Below are positions 1 to 11,619 of a stretch of 38,527 bases of DNA, one piece after another. Numbering within the stretch: position 1 is the first letter of the stretch; each line of letters begins with the position of its first letter. The stretch spans positions 1 to 38,527 of the forward strand of contig NW_021835920.1 in the NCBI RefSeq assembly GCF_006345805.1. The letters run 5' to 3'. The DNA comes from Octopus sinensis (lineage: Eukaryota). Made by a program: the position numbers and the translations under genes. The notes below the pieces were generated by a model. That model worked only from the letters and a program-made list of their open reading frames with translations, was not told the origin of the DNA and ran no database searches.

Positions 1-3000
1 AAATATCGACCACATTCTGTAAGGTGCGGCAGAAATACAGAACACATTCTGCTAGGTGCGGCAGAAATACTGACCACATCCTCTAAGATGCGGCAGAAAT
101 ACCGACCACATTCTGCAAGTTGCGGCAGAAATACCGACCACATTCTGTAAGGTGCGGCAGAAATACAGACCACGTTCTGTAAGGTGCGGCAGAAATACAG
201 ACCACATTCTGTAAGGTGCGGCAGATATACCGACTACATTCTGCAAGGTGCGGCAGAGATACCGACCACATTCTGTAAGTTGTGGCAGAAATACAGACAA
301 CATCCTGCAAGGTATGGCAGAAATACTGACCACATCCTGCAAGTGCGGCAGAAATACCGACCACATTCTGTAAGTTACAGCAGAAATAACCGACACATCC
401 TGCAAGTTATGGCAGAAATACTGACCACATCCTGCAAGGTGCGGCAGAAATACCGACCACATTCTGTAAGGTGCGGTAGAAATACCGACCACATTCTGCA
501 AGGTGCGGCAGAAATATCAACCGATTTCTGTAAGATGCGGCAGAAATACCGTCCACATTCTGTAAGGTGCGGCAGAAATACAGACCACATTCTGCAAGGT
601 GCGGCAGAAATACAGACAACATTCTGTAAGATGCGGCAGAAATACAGACCACATTCTGTAAGATGCGGCAGAAATACCGATCACATTCTGCAAGGTATGG
701 CAGAAATACCGACCACATTCTGCAAGGTGCGGCAGAATTATCAACCGAATTCTGTAAGATGCAGCAGAAATACCGACCACATTCTGTAAGATGCGGCAGA
801 AATACAGGCAACATTCTGTAAGATGCGGCAGAAATACCGACCACATTCTGTAAGGTGCGGGAGAAATACCGACCACATTCTGCAAGGTGCGGCAGAAATA
901 CCGACCACATTCTGCAAGGTGCGGCAGAATTACAGACCACATCCTGCAAGGTGCGGCAGAAATACAGACCACATTCTGCAAGATACGGCAGATATACAGA
1001 CCACATTCTGTAAGATGCGGCAGAAATATAGACCACATTCTGTAAGGTGCGGCAGAAATACCGACCACATTCTGTAAGGTGCGGCAGAAATACCGACCAC
1101 ATTCTGTAAGGTGCGGCAGAAATACAGACAACATTCTGTAAGATACGGCAGAAATACAGACAACATTCTGCAAGATACGGCATAAATACAGACAACATTC
1201 TGTAAGTTGCGTCAGAAATACAGACCACATCCTGCAAGTTGCGCTAGAAATACCGACCCCATCCTGCAAGGTGCGGCAGAAATACCGACCACATTATGTA
1301 AGGTGCGGCAGAAACACCGACCACATTCTGCTAGATGCGGCAGAAATACCGACCACATTCTGTAAGGGGGCGACAGATATACCGACCACATTCTGCTAGG
1401 TGCGGCAGAAATACTGTCCACATCCTGCTAGGTGTGGCAGAAATACCGACCACATACTGCAAGGTGCGGCAGTAATACAGACCACATTCTGCTAGGTGCG
1501 GCAGAAATACCGACCACATTCTGCTAGGTGCGGCAGAAATACCGACCACATTCTGCTAGGTGCGGCAGAAATACCGACCACATTCTGCTAGGTGCGGCAG
1601 AAATACCGACCACATTCTCCTAGGTGCGGCAGAAATACCGACCACATTCTGCAAGGTACGGCAGAAATACCGACCACATTCTGCTAGGTGCGGCAGAAAT
1701 ACCGACCACAGTCTGTAAGGTGCGGCAGAAATACCGACCATATTCTGCAAGGTACGGCAGAAATACCGACCACATTCTGCTAGGTGCGGCAGAAATACCG
1801 ACCACATTCTGCTAGGAGCGGCAGAAATACCGACCATATTCTGATAGGTGCGGCAGAAATACCGACCATATTCTGCTAGGTGCGGCAGAAATACCGACCA
1901 CATTCTGCTAGGTGCGGCAGAAATACCGACAACATTCTGCTAGGTGCGGCAGAAATAACGACAACATTCCGTTAGGTGCACCTAGTAGAATGTGGTCGGT
2001 ATTTCTCCCGCACCTAGCAGAATGTGGTCGGTATTTCTGTCGCACCTTACAGAATGTGGTCGGTATTTCTGCCGCACCTTGCAGGATGTGGTCAGTATTT
2101 CTACCGCACCTAGCAGAATGTGGCCTGTATTTCTGCCGCACCTTAGAGAATGTGGTCGGTATTTCTGCCGCACCTTACAGAATGTGGTCTTTATTTCTGC
2201 CGCACCTTAGAGAGTGTGGTCGGTATTTCTGCCGCACCTTACAGAATGTGGTCTTTATTTCTGCAGCACCTTACAGAGTGTGGTCGTTATTTCTGCCGCA
2301 CCTAGCAGAATGTTGTCGGTATTTCTGCCGCACCTTACAGAATGTGGTCTGTATTTCTGCCGCACCTTACAGAATCTGGTCGGTATTTCTGCCGCACCTT
2401 ACAGAATGTCGTCGTCAGAAATACAGACCACATTCTGTAAAGTGCGGCAGAAATACCGAACTAATATCGACCGAATTCTGTAAGGTGGGGCAGAAATAAA
2501 GACCACATTCTGCAAGGTGCGGCAGAAATACCGACCACATTCTGTAAGGTGCGGCAGAAATATCGACCGAATTCTGTAATGTGGGGCAGAAATACAGACC
2601 ACATTCTGAAAGGTGCGGCAGAAATGCCGACCATATTCTGTAAGGTGCGGCAGAAATATAGAACACATTCTGTAAGGTGCGGCAGAAATACTGACCACAT
2701 CCTGCAAGGTGCGACAGAAATACCGACCACATTCTGTAAGGTGCGGCAGAAATACCGACCACATTGGGTAAGGTGCGGCAGAAATAACGACCACATTCTC
2801 CAAAGTGCGGCAGAAATATCGACCGAAATTCTGTAAGGTGCGGCAGAAATACAGACCACATTCTGTAAGGTGCGGCAGAAATACCGACCACATTCTCCAA
2901 AGTGTGGCAGATATATCGACCGAATTCTGTAAGGTGCGGTAGAAATACAGACCACATTCTGTAAGGTGCGGCAGAAATACCGACCACATTCTGTAAGGTG

Positions 3001-5905
3001 CGGCAGAAATAGAGACAACATTATGTAAGTTGCGGCAGAAATACAGACCACATTATGTAAGGTGCGGCATAAATACCAACTACATTCTGTAAGGTTCGGC
3101 AGAAATATCGACCACATTCTGCTAGGTGCGGCAGAAATACTGTCCTCATATTGCAAGGTGCGGCAGAAATACCGACCACATTCTGCCAGGTGCGGCAGAA
3201 ATACCGACCACATTCTGCAAGGTGTGGCAGAAATACCGACAACATTGTGTAAGATGCGGTAGAAATACAGAACACATTCTGTAAGGTGCGGCAGAAATAC
3301 TGACCACATTCTGCTAGGTGCGGCAGAAATACTGACCACATCCTGCAAGGTGCGGCAGAAATAACGACCACATTCTGCAAGGTGCGGCAGAAATACCGAC
3401 CACATTGGGTAAGGCGCGGCAGAATTCCCGAACACATTCTGCAAGGTGCGGCAGAAATATCGACCGAATTCTGTAATGTGCGGCAGAAATACAGACCACA
3501 TTCTGTAAGATGCGGTAGAAATACAGACCACATCCTGTAAGGTGCGGCAGAAATACCGACCACATTCTGTAAGGTGCGGCAGAAATAGAGACAACATTCT
3601 GTAAGTTGCGGCAGAAATACCGACCACATTCTGCAAGGTGCGGCAGAAATACAGACCACATTCTGTAAGGTGCGGCAGAAATACCAACTACATTCTCTAA
3701 GGTGTGGCAGAATTATACCGACCACATTCTGCTAGGTGCGGCAGAAATACTGTCCACATATTGCAAGGTGCGGCAGAAATACCGACCACATTCTGCAAGG
3801 TGCGGCAGAATTACAGACCACATTCTGCGAGGTGCGGCAGAAATACCGACCACATCCTGCAAGGTGTGGCAGAAATAACGACCACATTCTGCAATGTGCG
3901 GCAGAAATACTGATCACATCTTGCAAGTTGTGACAGAAATACCGACCACATTCTGTTAGGTGCGGCAGAAATACCGACCACATTGGGTAAGGTGCGGCAG
4001 AAATACCGACCACATTCTGCAAGGTGCGGCAGAAATATCGACCGAATTCTGTAAGGTGCGGCAGAAATACAGAGCACATTCTGTAAGATGCGGCAGAAAT
4101 ATAGACCACATTCTGTAAGGTGCGGCAGAAATACCGACCACATTCTGCTAGGTGCGGCAGAAATACCGACCACATTCTGCAAGGTACGGCAGAAATACAG
4201 ACCACATTCTGCTAGGTGCGGCAGAGATACCGACCACATTCTGCTAGGTGCGGCAGAAATACCGACCACATTCTGCTAGGTGCAGCAGAAATACCGACCA
4301 CATTCTGATACGTGCGGCAGAAATACCGACCACATTCTGATACGTGCGGCAGAAATACCGACCACATTCTGCTAGGTGCGGCAGAAATACCGACCACATT
4401 CTGCTAGGTGCGGCAGAAATACCGACCACTTTCTGCTAGGTGCGGCAGAAATACCGACAACATTCCGTACGGTGCACCTAGTAGAATGTTGTCGGTATTT
4501 CTCCCGCACCTAGCAGAATGTGGTCGGTATTTCTGCCGCACCTAGCAGAATGTGGTCGGTATTTCTCCCGCACCTAGCAGAATGTGGTCGGTATTTCTCC
4601 CGCACCTAGCAGAATGTGGTCAGTATTTCTGCCGCACCTTGCAGGATGTGGTCAGTATTTCTACCGCAATTTACAGAATGTGGTCGGTATTTCTGCCGCA
4701 ATTTACAGAATGTGGTCGGTATTTCTGCCGCACCTTACAGAATGTGGTCTGTATTTCTGACGCACCGTACAGAATGTGGTCGGTATTTCTGCCGCACCTT
4801 TCAGAATGTGGTCTGTATTTCTGCCGCACATTACAGAATTCGGTCGATATTTCTGCCGCACCTTAAAGAATGTTGTCGGTATTTCTGCCGCACCTTACAG
4901 AATGTGGTCGGTATTTCTGCCGCCCCTTGCAGGATGTGGTCTGTATTTCTGCCGCACCTTACAGAATGTTGTCGGTATTTCTGCCGCACCTTACAGAATG
5001 TTGTCGGTATTTCTGCCGCACCTTACAGAATGTAATCGGTATTACTGCCGCACCTTACAGAATGTTGTCGGTATTTCTGCCGCACCTTACAGAATGTGGT
5101 CGGTATTTCTGCCGCACCTTGCAGGATGTGGTCTGTATTTCTGCCGCACCTTACAGAATGTTGTCGGTATTTCTGCCGAACCTTACAGAATGTGGTCGGT
5201 ATTTCTGCCGCACCTTACAGAATGTAATCGGTATTACTGCCGCACCTTACAGAATGTTTCGGTATTTCTGCCGCACCTTACAGAATGTGGTCGGTATTTC
5301 TGCCGCACCTTACAGAATGTGGTCGGTATTTCTGCCGCACCTTTCAGAATGTTGTCTGTATTTCTGCCGCACCTTACAGAATGTAATCGGTATTTCTGCC
5401 GCACGTTACAGAATGTTGTCGGTATTCCTGCTGCACCTTGCAGAATGTGGTCTGTATTTCTGCCGCACCTTGCAGAATGTGGTCGGTATTTTTGCCGCAC
5501 CTTTCATAATGTGGTCTGTATTTCTGCCGCACCTTACAGAATTCGGTCGATATTTCTGCCGCACCTTACAGAATGTGGTCGGTATTTCTGCCGCACCTAG
5601 CAGAATGTGGTCTGTATTTATGCCGCACCTTACAGAATGTGGTTGTATTTATGCCGCACCTTACAGAATGTGGTCGGTATTTCTGCCGCACCTTGCAGAA
5701 TGTGGTCGGTATTTCTGCCGCCCCTTTCAGAATGTGGTCGTTATTTCTGCCGCACCTTTCAGAATGTGGTCTGTATTTCTGCTGCACCTTACAGAATGAG
5801 GTCGGTATTTCTGCCCCACCTTTCAGAATGTGGTCTGTATTTCTGCTGCACCTTACAGAATGAGGTCGGTATTTCTGCCCCACCTTTCAGAATGTGGTCT
5901 GTATT
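1..5905. repeat. 32-bp tandem satellite (~185 monomers) with three orientation switches
   Basis: Monomer consensus AAGGTGCGGCAGAAATACCGACCACATTCTGT, with no spacers. Forward 1-1978, reverse 1979-~2413, forward ~2414-4474, reverse 4475-~5905. The array runs off the left edge of the window. Confidence 0.97.
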
Positions 5906-5984
5906 CCTCCTTTCGAGTAATTCTTGTCGATTCCCTACCTATCGAGCACTCCCTGTCGTTGACCCACCTCCCTAAAGCACTCTT

Positions 5985-6600
5985 CTTCTCTCTCTCCTTT
6001 CTCTCCTGTCTCCTCCTCTCTCTCCCTCTCTCCCTCTCTCTCCATCGCTCTCTTTTCTCCTTCTCTCTCTCCCACACACGCACACGCTCCCTTGCATATG
6101 TGTGTATGCCTCTGTGTGTGTACGTGTGTGTGTTTCTTTATTCTACTTGTATCTCTCTGCTTTACAGAATCGCAGAACTCGCCAAAATCTCTCTCTATCA
6201 TGGGGTTCAATAAGACAAAAGTCATTTGCTACCTGTCAGGTGGAAAACAATCAACTTGGAAATGATTGGAAAATGCGGTATTCCTTTTTTGGGTAAATCT
6301 TTCAGGAACACTTCCAAGCGTGGGAATTGCGTGTAGTCATGTATTTTGCGTAATTGTCACACAGCTCCATTCAGTACATACATGTAGAATGAATGTGAGA
6401 GAGAGAGAAATAGAGAGAGAGAGAGAGAGCGAAAGAGAGGGAGAGAGAGAAAGAGAGGGAGAGAGAGAAAGAGAGGGAGAGAGAGAGAGACAGAGAGAGA
6501 GGGAGAGAGAGAAAGGTGGGAAGAAGGCAGATAGACAGGTAGAGACAGTGAGAAAGACAGAGACAGTGATAGAGACACAGAGAGAGGGGGAAGAGCGGAG
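5985..6600. repeat. (CT)n, (GT)n and (GA)n-rich simple repeats
   Basis: Direct reading: a CT-rich tract at ~5985-6070 and a GA-rich tract at ~6395-6600. Confidence 0.85.
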
Positions 6601-6671
6601 TGTGTGTATATTTGAGTGTGGGGTGAAATATGAGCTTGTGTCTAATACATATCGGACTGGCATACAAGCAA

Positions 6672-6672
<1 letters not shown>

Positions 6673-6750
<78 letters not shown>
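6673..6750. repeat. (GATA)n microsatellite
   Basis: Perfect TAGA/GATA run. Confidence 0.95.
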
Positions 6751-6751
<1 letters not shown>

Positions 6752-6958
6752 GTTTCTTTATTGGCCACACAGGGCTGCACACAGATGGGACAAATTACAA
6801 GGTAGAGCTTTTCTTTTGGGGGATGAAAAAAAAAGTGGCGTAGGTTTTCGACCAAAAGGGATCGTAAAACGGAAAAAAGAAAAAAAGACAAAAAGGAAAA
6901 GAATCAAAAGAAAAGAAAAAAGAAAGAAGAAAAAGAGGAAAAAAGGGGAAGAGGAAAG
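6751..6958 (-). mobile_element. 5'-truncated retroelement 3' tail inserted in a (GATA)n tract
   Basis: The reverse complement ends ...CCTTGTAATTTGTCCCATCTGTGTGCAGCCCTGTGTGGCCAATAAAGAAA. GATA repeats flank both sides (6673-6750 and ~6958-6967). The tail resembles the 3' end of SINE family B. Confidence 0.45.
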
Positions 6959-7273
6959 ATAGATAGATTTGTTTCCTTCAGATACATTAAATAAAATATT
7001 AAAAAATGTATTCAAGGGAGATTACTCACATTAAGTAGTTTCCCTTGCAGAACCACTCCATTACCTTATGTTCTATCACCAAAATCTGTTGAACATTCAC
7101 AACAGCTATCCCCTACACAAATAAACGAATGTTCATTTGCTTAGCCGTCAGAAGAATATCAACAAGGTACATACGGGCTTTTGTTCGTATAGTTATCTCC
7201 CCATTGCTTTGCATATATTCTTCTTATTCAGTCGGCAGAATGTACAATGTGGCTCAAGGGTGGATTGTTTCGT

Positions 7274-7362
7274 GTATTGGCACCAAGCAAACTGGTTTCA
7301 AATCCGGTCAGTCCATATATCCGGTCAGCCAATTTGAAACCGGTTTCGATGAGTGCCAATAC
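7274..7362. other. 89-nt imperfect hairpin
   Basis: Arms 7274-7303 and 7332-7362 pair at about 26/31 positions (GTATTGGCAC/GTGCCAATAC and GGTTTCAAAT/ATTTGAAACC are perfect), enclosing a 28-nt loop. Confidence 0.75.
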
Positions 7363-7444
7363 CGATGCCCGTAACTCTGTAACTTCTGCCAATTTGAGCG
7401 ATAAATTACATACATATTTGATCCTGCCTAATTGAACTCCCTGT

Positions 7445-7755
7445 GGAGGCACATGGCCTAGTGGTTAGAGCAGCGGATTCACGGTCAAGGGATCGTGGGT
7501 TCGAATCTCAGACCGGGCGATGTGTGTATTTATGAGCGAAACACCTAAGCTCCACGCGGCTCCGGCAGAAGGTAATGGCGAACTTCTGCTGACTCTTTCG
7601 CCACAACTTTCTCTCACTCTTTCCTCCTGCATCTTGCAGCTCACCTTCGACGGACCGGCATCCCGTCCAGTTGGGGAACCTATACGCCAAGAAACCGGGA
7701 AACCGGCCTTTATGAACCAGGCATGGCTCGAGAAGGAACAAACACAACAAAAGAA
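7445..7755 (+). mobile_element. tRNA-derived SINE with a V/Meta-like core
   Basis: A box TGGCCTAGTGG at 7454-7464 and B box GGTTCGAATCT at 7498-7508. The body GGACCGGCATCCCGTCCAG...GAAACCGG resembles V/Meta-SINE cores (from memory). A-rich end. Confidence 0.8.
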
Positions 7756-7959
7756 CTGAACTCCCTACTCTCTCATCCACATAGCCAGCACTCCACCCGG
7801 ATTACCACTGGATCTTCAGCCTCTTTCGGACTCTACCTCCACGGATCTCATTGGCTCTTTTCGTTGATGTAAATCGCACCAACGTACCACGACTTTTGAA
7901 CTTTTGAATCTACACATCATTTCTCTCTCCCTTGTCTTTCATTGTCGCTCCTGTTTATC

Positions 7960-8077
7960 TCCTTTCGTAATCTCTTTTGTCGATGAGTGTCGGCTCGAAA
8001 CATAAAACACTCTTCCATTCTTCCCGAGCGTTAAACTAATATACCTGCTTGTCTTTTGGTTTCTATAAATTTGAACA

Positions 8078-8080
<3 letters not shown>
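7960..8080 (+). mobile_element. Penelope-terminus-like short repeat with a degenerate hammerhead vestige
   Basis: Same family as 17330-17470 (GCTCGAAAC, then GCGT(T/C)AAACTAATA, ending in (TA)n). Stem GAGT-gtcg-GCTC followed by GAAAC at 7985-8001; the first core segment is decayed. Confidence 0.45.
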
Positions 8081-8125
<45 letters not shown>

Positions 8126-8345
8126 TATATATATACATACATACGCATGTGTGTGTGTATATATAACAGATAGAGATGCATTATCAATCCGGTCAAGATA
8201 CTTCTTAAACTGATCTATCAAGACTAATGGAAACTGTTTTAAGCCAAATTTGCTATAATAAAGGAATTACATGTAATGACCTTTATTTGAACTTGTCTAC
8301 GTACATACACACACACACACACACCACACACACATATATATAAGC

Positions 8346-8385
<40 letters not shown>

Positions 8386-8477
8386 GCTTATATATATGTG
8401 CTTATATATATACATATATATGCTTATATATATGTATATATATATATATTATATATATATATATATGTATATATATA

Positions 8478-8529
<52 letters not shown>

Positions 8530-8580
8530 ATATATATGTATGTATATATATATATATGTATATACGTATATATATAGTTA
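8080..8580. repeat. (TA)n-rich microsatellite blocks
   Basis: TA runs at ~8080-8135 and ~8335-8578. Confidence 0.9.
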
Positions 8581-8589
8581 ATCCAAACA

Positions 8590-8770
8590 AGAAAGCACAA
8601 AAAAACACAACAACGCGAGGATGTGGAACAAATATAGTATTATTGGGCGCTCAGGAAGGGGGGTTTAACGTTTCGAGCGGAGCTCTTCGTCGGAAACATA
8701 GGAGAAGGAAAGATCCAGAGAAGGAAGAGAGAGGAAAAAAATCGCCAACGGTACACACGAGGTCACATTT
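8590..8770 (-). mobile_element. Penelope-terminus-like repeat carrying a hammerhead-like motif (8663-8697)
   Basis: The minus strand reads GTTT-CCGACGA-A-GAGC-tcc-GCTC-GAAA-C-GTT-AAAC: stem I GTTT/AAAC, stem II GAGC/GCTC, core with a U4C change. It ends in (TA)n. Confidence 0.6.
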
Positions 8771-8808
8771 TGATATATAGATATAGATATACATGTGTAT
8801 ATATATAA

Positions 8809-8851
<43 letters not shown>

Positions 8852-9139
8852 ATATATATATGCGAGGGGAGAGGGGGGAGGTGCTGTCAGAAAACCGCTT
8901 AATTATTTAATTATTTATTTCGAGCCATAGAAAATGGCTGCTATTTGTAACAATGTCGATCATCTGCTTTACAGAAGGATTTGCGTCACGGTGTTGCACT
9001 TGGCGGTGAAGATCCCACAAAGGTAAGAATTGAAATCCGTGAATGTCTAAAACTTTAAAAGATTGCTGTCCTTAAACACCTATATAACGTGTCCTTAAAA
9101 ACACCTATATAAAGGGGTTGTATGATTGTGTATAGAGGG

Positions 9140-9598
9140 ATATATATTATTTAAAGAAATTCTTTTATGTTTTATTTATATTCTTTATAATATTAATGTA
9201 GTATATAGAATATATAGTATAAAAAGTATATATAGTAAAATGAAATGAAGTATTGATTGTCTTATTGAATAGATGAAATATTGAATATCAAATATTAAGG
9301 GACTAGTATACTTTCTTGCATTTAAGCAGGCTTCAAGGTCCCAGGTTGTGACAGGAGTGTTTCCACAGTTGAAACTCTCTTATCACAACCTGGGACCTTG
9401 AAGCCTGCTTAAATGCAAGAAAGTATACTAGTCCCTTAATATTTGATATTCAATATTTCATCTATTCAATAAGACAATCAATACTTCATTTCACTTTACT
9501 ATGTATATATTATTCATACTATATATTCTACATTAGTATTACAAGAATATAAATTAAACATCAAAAACAGAGTTGGAATTCCTTTGAATAATATATAT
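9140..9598. other. ~460-bp fold-back, copy 1 (inner arms 9232-9351 and 9383-9502, 119/120 complementary)
   Basis: Base-by-base comparison gives a single mismatch (9240/9494). Pairing continues 12/15 into the apex around a 7-nt loop CACAGTT. The outer arms are more diverged. Confidence 0.93.
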
Positions 9599-9628
9599 AT
9601 ATATAATATATATATATATATAATATAT

Positions 9629-9682
<54 letters not shown>

Positions 9683-9983
9683 ATATATAATATATATATA
9701 TATGCGAGGGGAGAGGGGGGAGGTGCTGTCAGAAAACCGCTTAATTATTTAATTATTTATTTCGAGCCATAGAAAATGGCTGCTATTTGTAACAATGTCG
9801 ATCATCTGCTTTACAGAAGGATTTGCGTCACGGTGTTGCACTTGGCGGTGAAGATCCCACAAAGGTAAGAATTGAAATCCGTGAATGTCTAAAACTTTAA
9901 AAGATTGCTGTCCTTAAAAACACCTATATAACGTGTCCTTAAAAACACCTATATAAAGGGGTTGTATGATTATGTATAGAGGG

Positions 9984-10558
<575 letters not shown>

Positions 10559-10579
10559 TATGTATGTATGTATGTGTGT

Positions 10580-10782
10580 GTCTGTGTTAGACCCCCAACA
10601 TCGCTTGACAACCGATGCTGGTGTGTTTACGTCCCCGTATAGCAGCGGTTCGGCATAAGAGACCGATAGAATAAGTACTAAGCTTACAAAGAATAAGTCT
10701 TGGGGGTTGATTTGCTCGACTGAAGGCAGTGCTCCAGCATGGCCGCAATCAAATGACTGAAGCAAGTAAAAGACTAAAAGAG
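10580..10782 (+). mobile_element. SINE family A, 3' half only
   Basis: Matches the reverse complement of 11620-11800 (GACAACCGATGCTGGTGTGTTTACGTCCCCGT...CCAGCATGGCCGCA.TCAAATGACTGAA). No tRNA head upstream. Confidence 0.85.
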
Positions 10783-11111
10783 TAATCTGTAACGGGTTCG
10801 ATCCGTTCAACTCAATGTTTGTATTTTACAGAAGAATTATTAATCTTTTATGGGAGGCAACTCGTAGACGCTTTTAATGAAAGTTATCTCCCTTGAAAGA
10901 TTTACTGTTTTCTTCTGAATGAATATAGAGGGGGAATATAGAGTTTGGTATACAGGTTGTTTAATGTAAATGAAATGTTCCTTTGTTTCTTTATTTCTGT
11001 TTTAAGACAAGAATTCTGTGATCCTATGTTCTCTTTAACTAGTTTTTTTTCTACTAAAGTAATTATTCTTATATGAAAAGAACATTCCACTCAAGTTAAG
11101 CGACTGTATAC

Positions 11112-11407
11112 GTATTTCTTTACTGCCCACAAGGGGCTAAACACAGAGAGGACAAACAAGGACAGACACACGGATTAAGTCGATTATATCGACCCCAGTG
11201 CGTAACTGGTACTTATTTAATCGACCCCGAAAGGATGAAAGGCAAAGTCAACCTCGGCGGAATTTGAACTCAGAACGTAACGGCAGACGAAATACTGCTA
11301 CGCATTTCGCCCGGCGTGCTAACGATTCTGCCAGCTCGCCGCCTTATTCTGCCAGCTCGCCGCCTTATTCTGCCAGCTCGCCGCCTTATTCTGCCAGCTC
11401 GCCGCCG
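11112..11407 (-). mobile_element. Full-length tRNA-derived SINE family B with TSD and a 4x amplified 5' end
   Basis: Minus-strand head GGCGGCGAGCTGGCAGAATCGTTAG, B box GAGTTCAAATTCC, and a Nin/Deu-like core GCCTTTCATCCTTTCGGGGTCGA. The TSD is 15 bp with 1 mismatch (11097-11111 and 11408-11422). A 21-bp unit is repeated ~3.9x at 11325-11406. Confidence 0.92.
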
Positions 11408-11619
11408 TAAACGACTGTATACCTATCTTTATATCTTTATCCACGCTTCTCTGCATTTTTTGTCGTCCTCGGGAACGAATATGGAACAGTGGACGTTTAA
11501 GAGAGAAGGACCTATGACAATCGGACAGACAGACGATCAGGCAGACAAACAGGCAGGTTTGGTGATACAAAGAGGAAAATTTAACCGCCAAATATGAACA
11601 TTATATGTATTTCTTCTTT

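Noticed and set aside
52-5883. Many long Cys/His-containing ORFs (MWSVFLPHLTECGRYFCRTLQNVVGISAAPYR repeats), superficially zinc-finger-like
   Set aside because: One strand of the 32-bp monomer lacks stop codons, so three monomers give a 32-aa repeat in all frames. There is no C2H2 spacing (28-aa period, HxxxH, TGEKP), and the ORFs flip strand with the array.
1-5905. CRISPR array
   Set aside because: The 32-bp units are contiguous with no unique spacers, there are no cas genes, and the context is eukaryotic.
8934-9022. Possible plus-strand first exon (ATG GCT GCT...CAAAG|GTAAG) in the duplicated unit
   Set aside because: Good start context and donor, but no compatible downstream plus-strand exon or recognisable protein was found.
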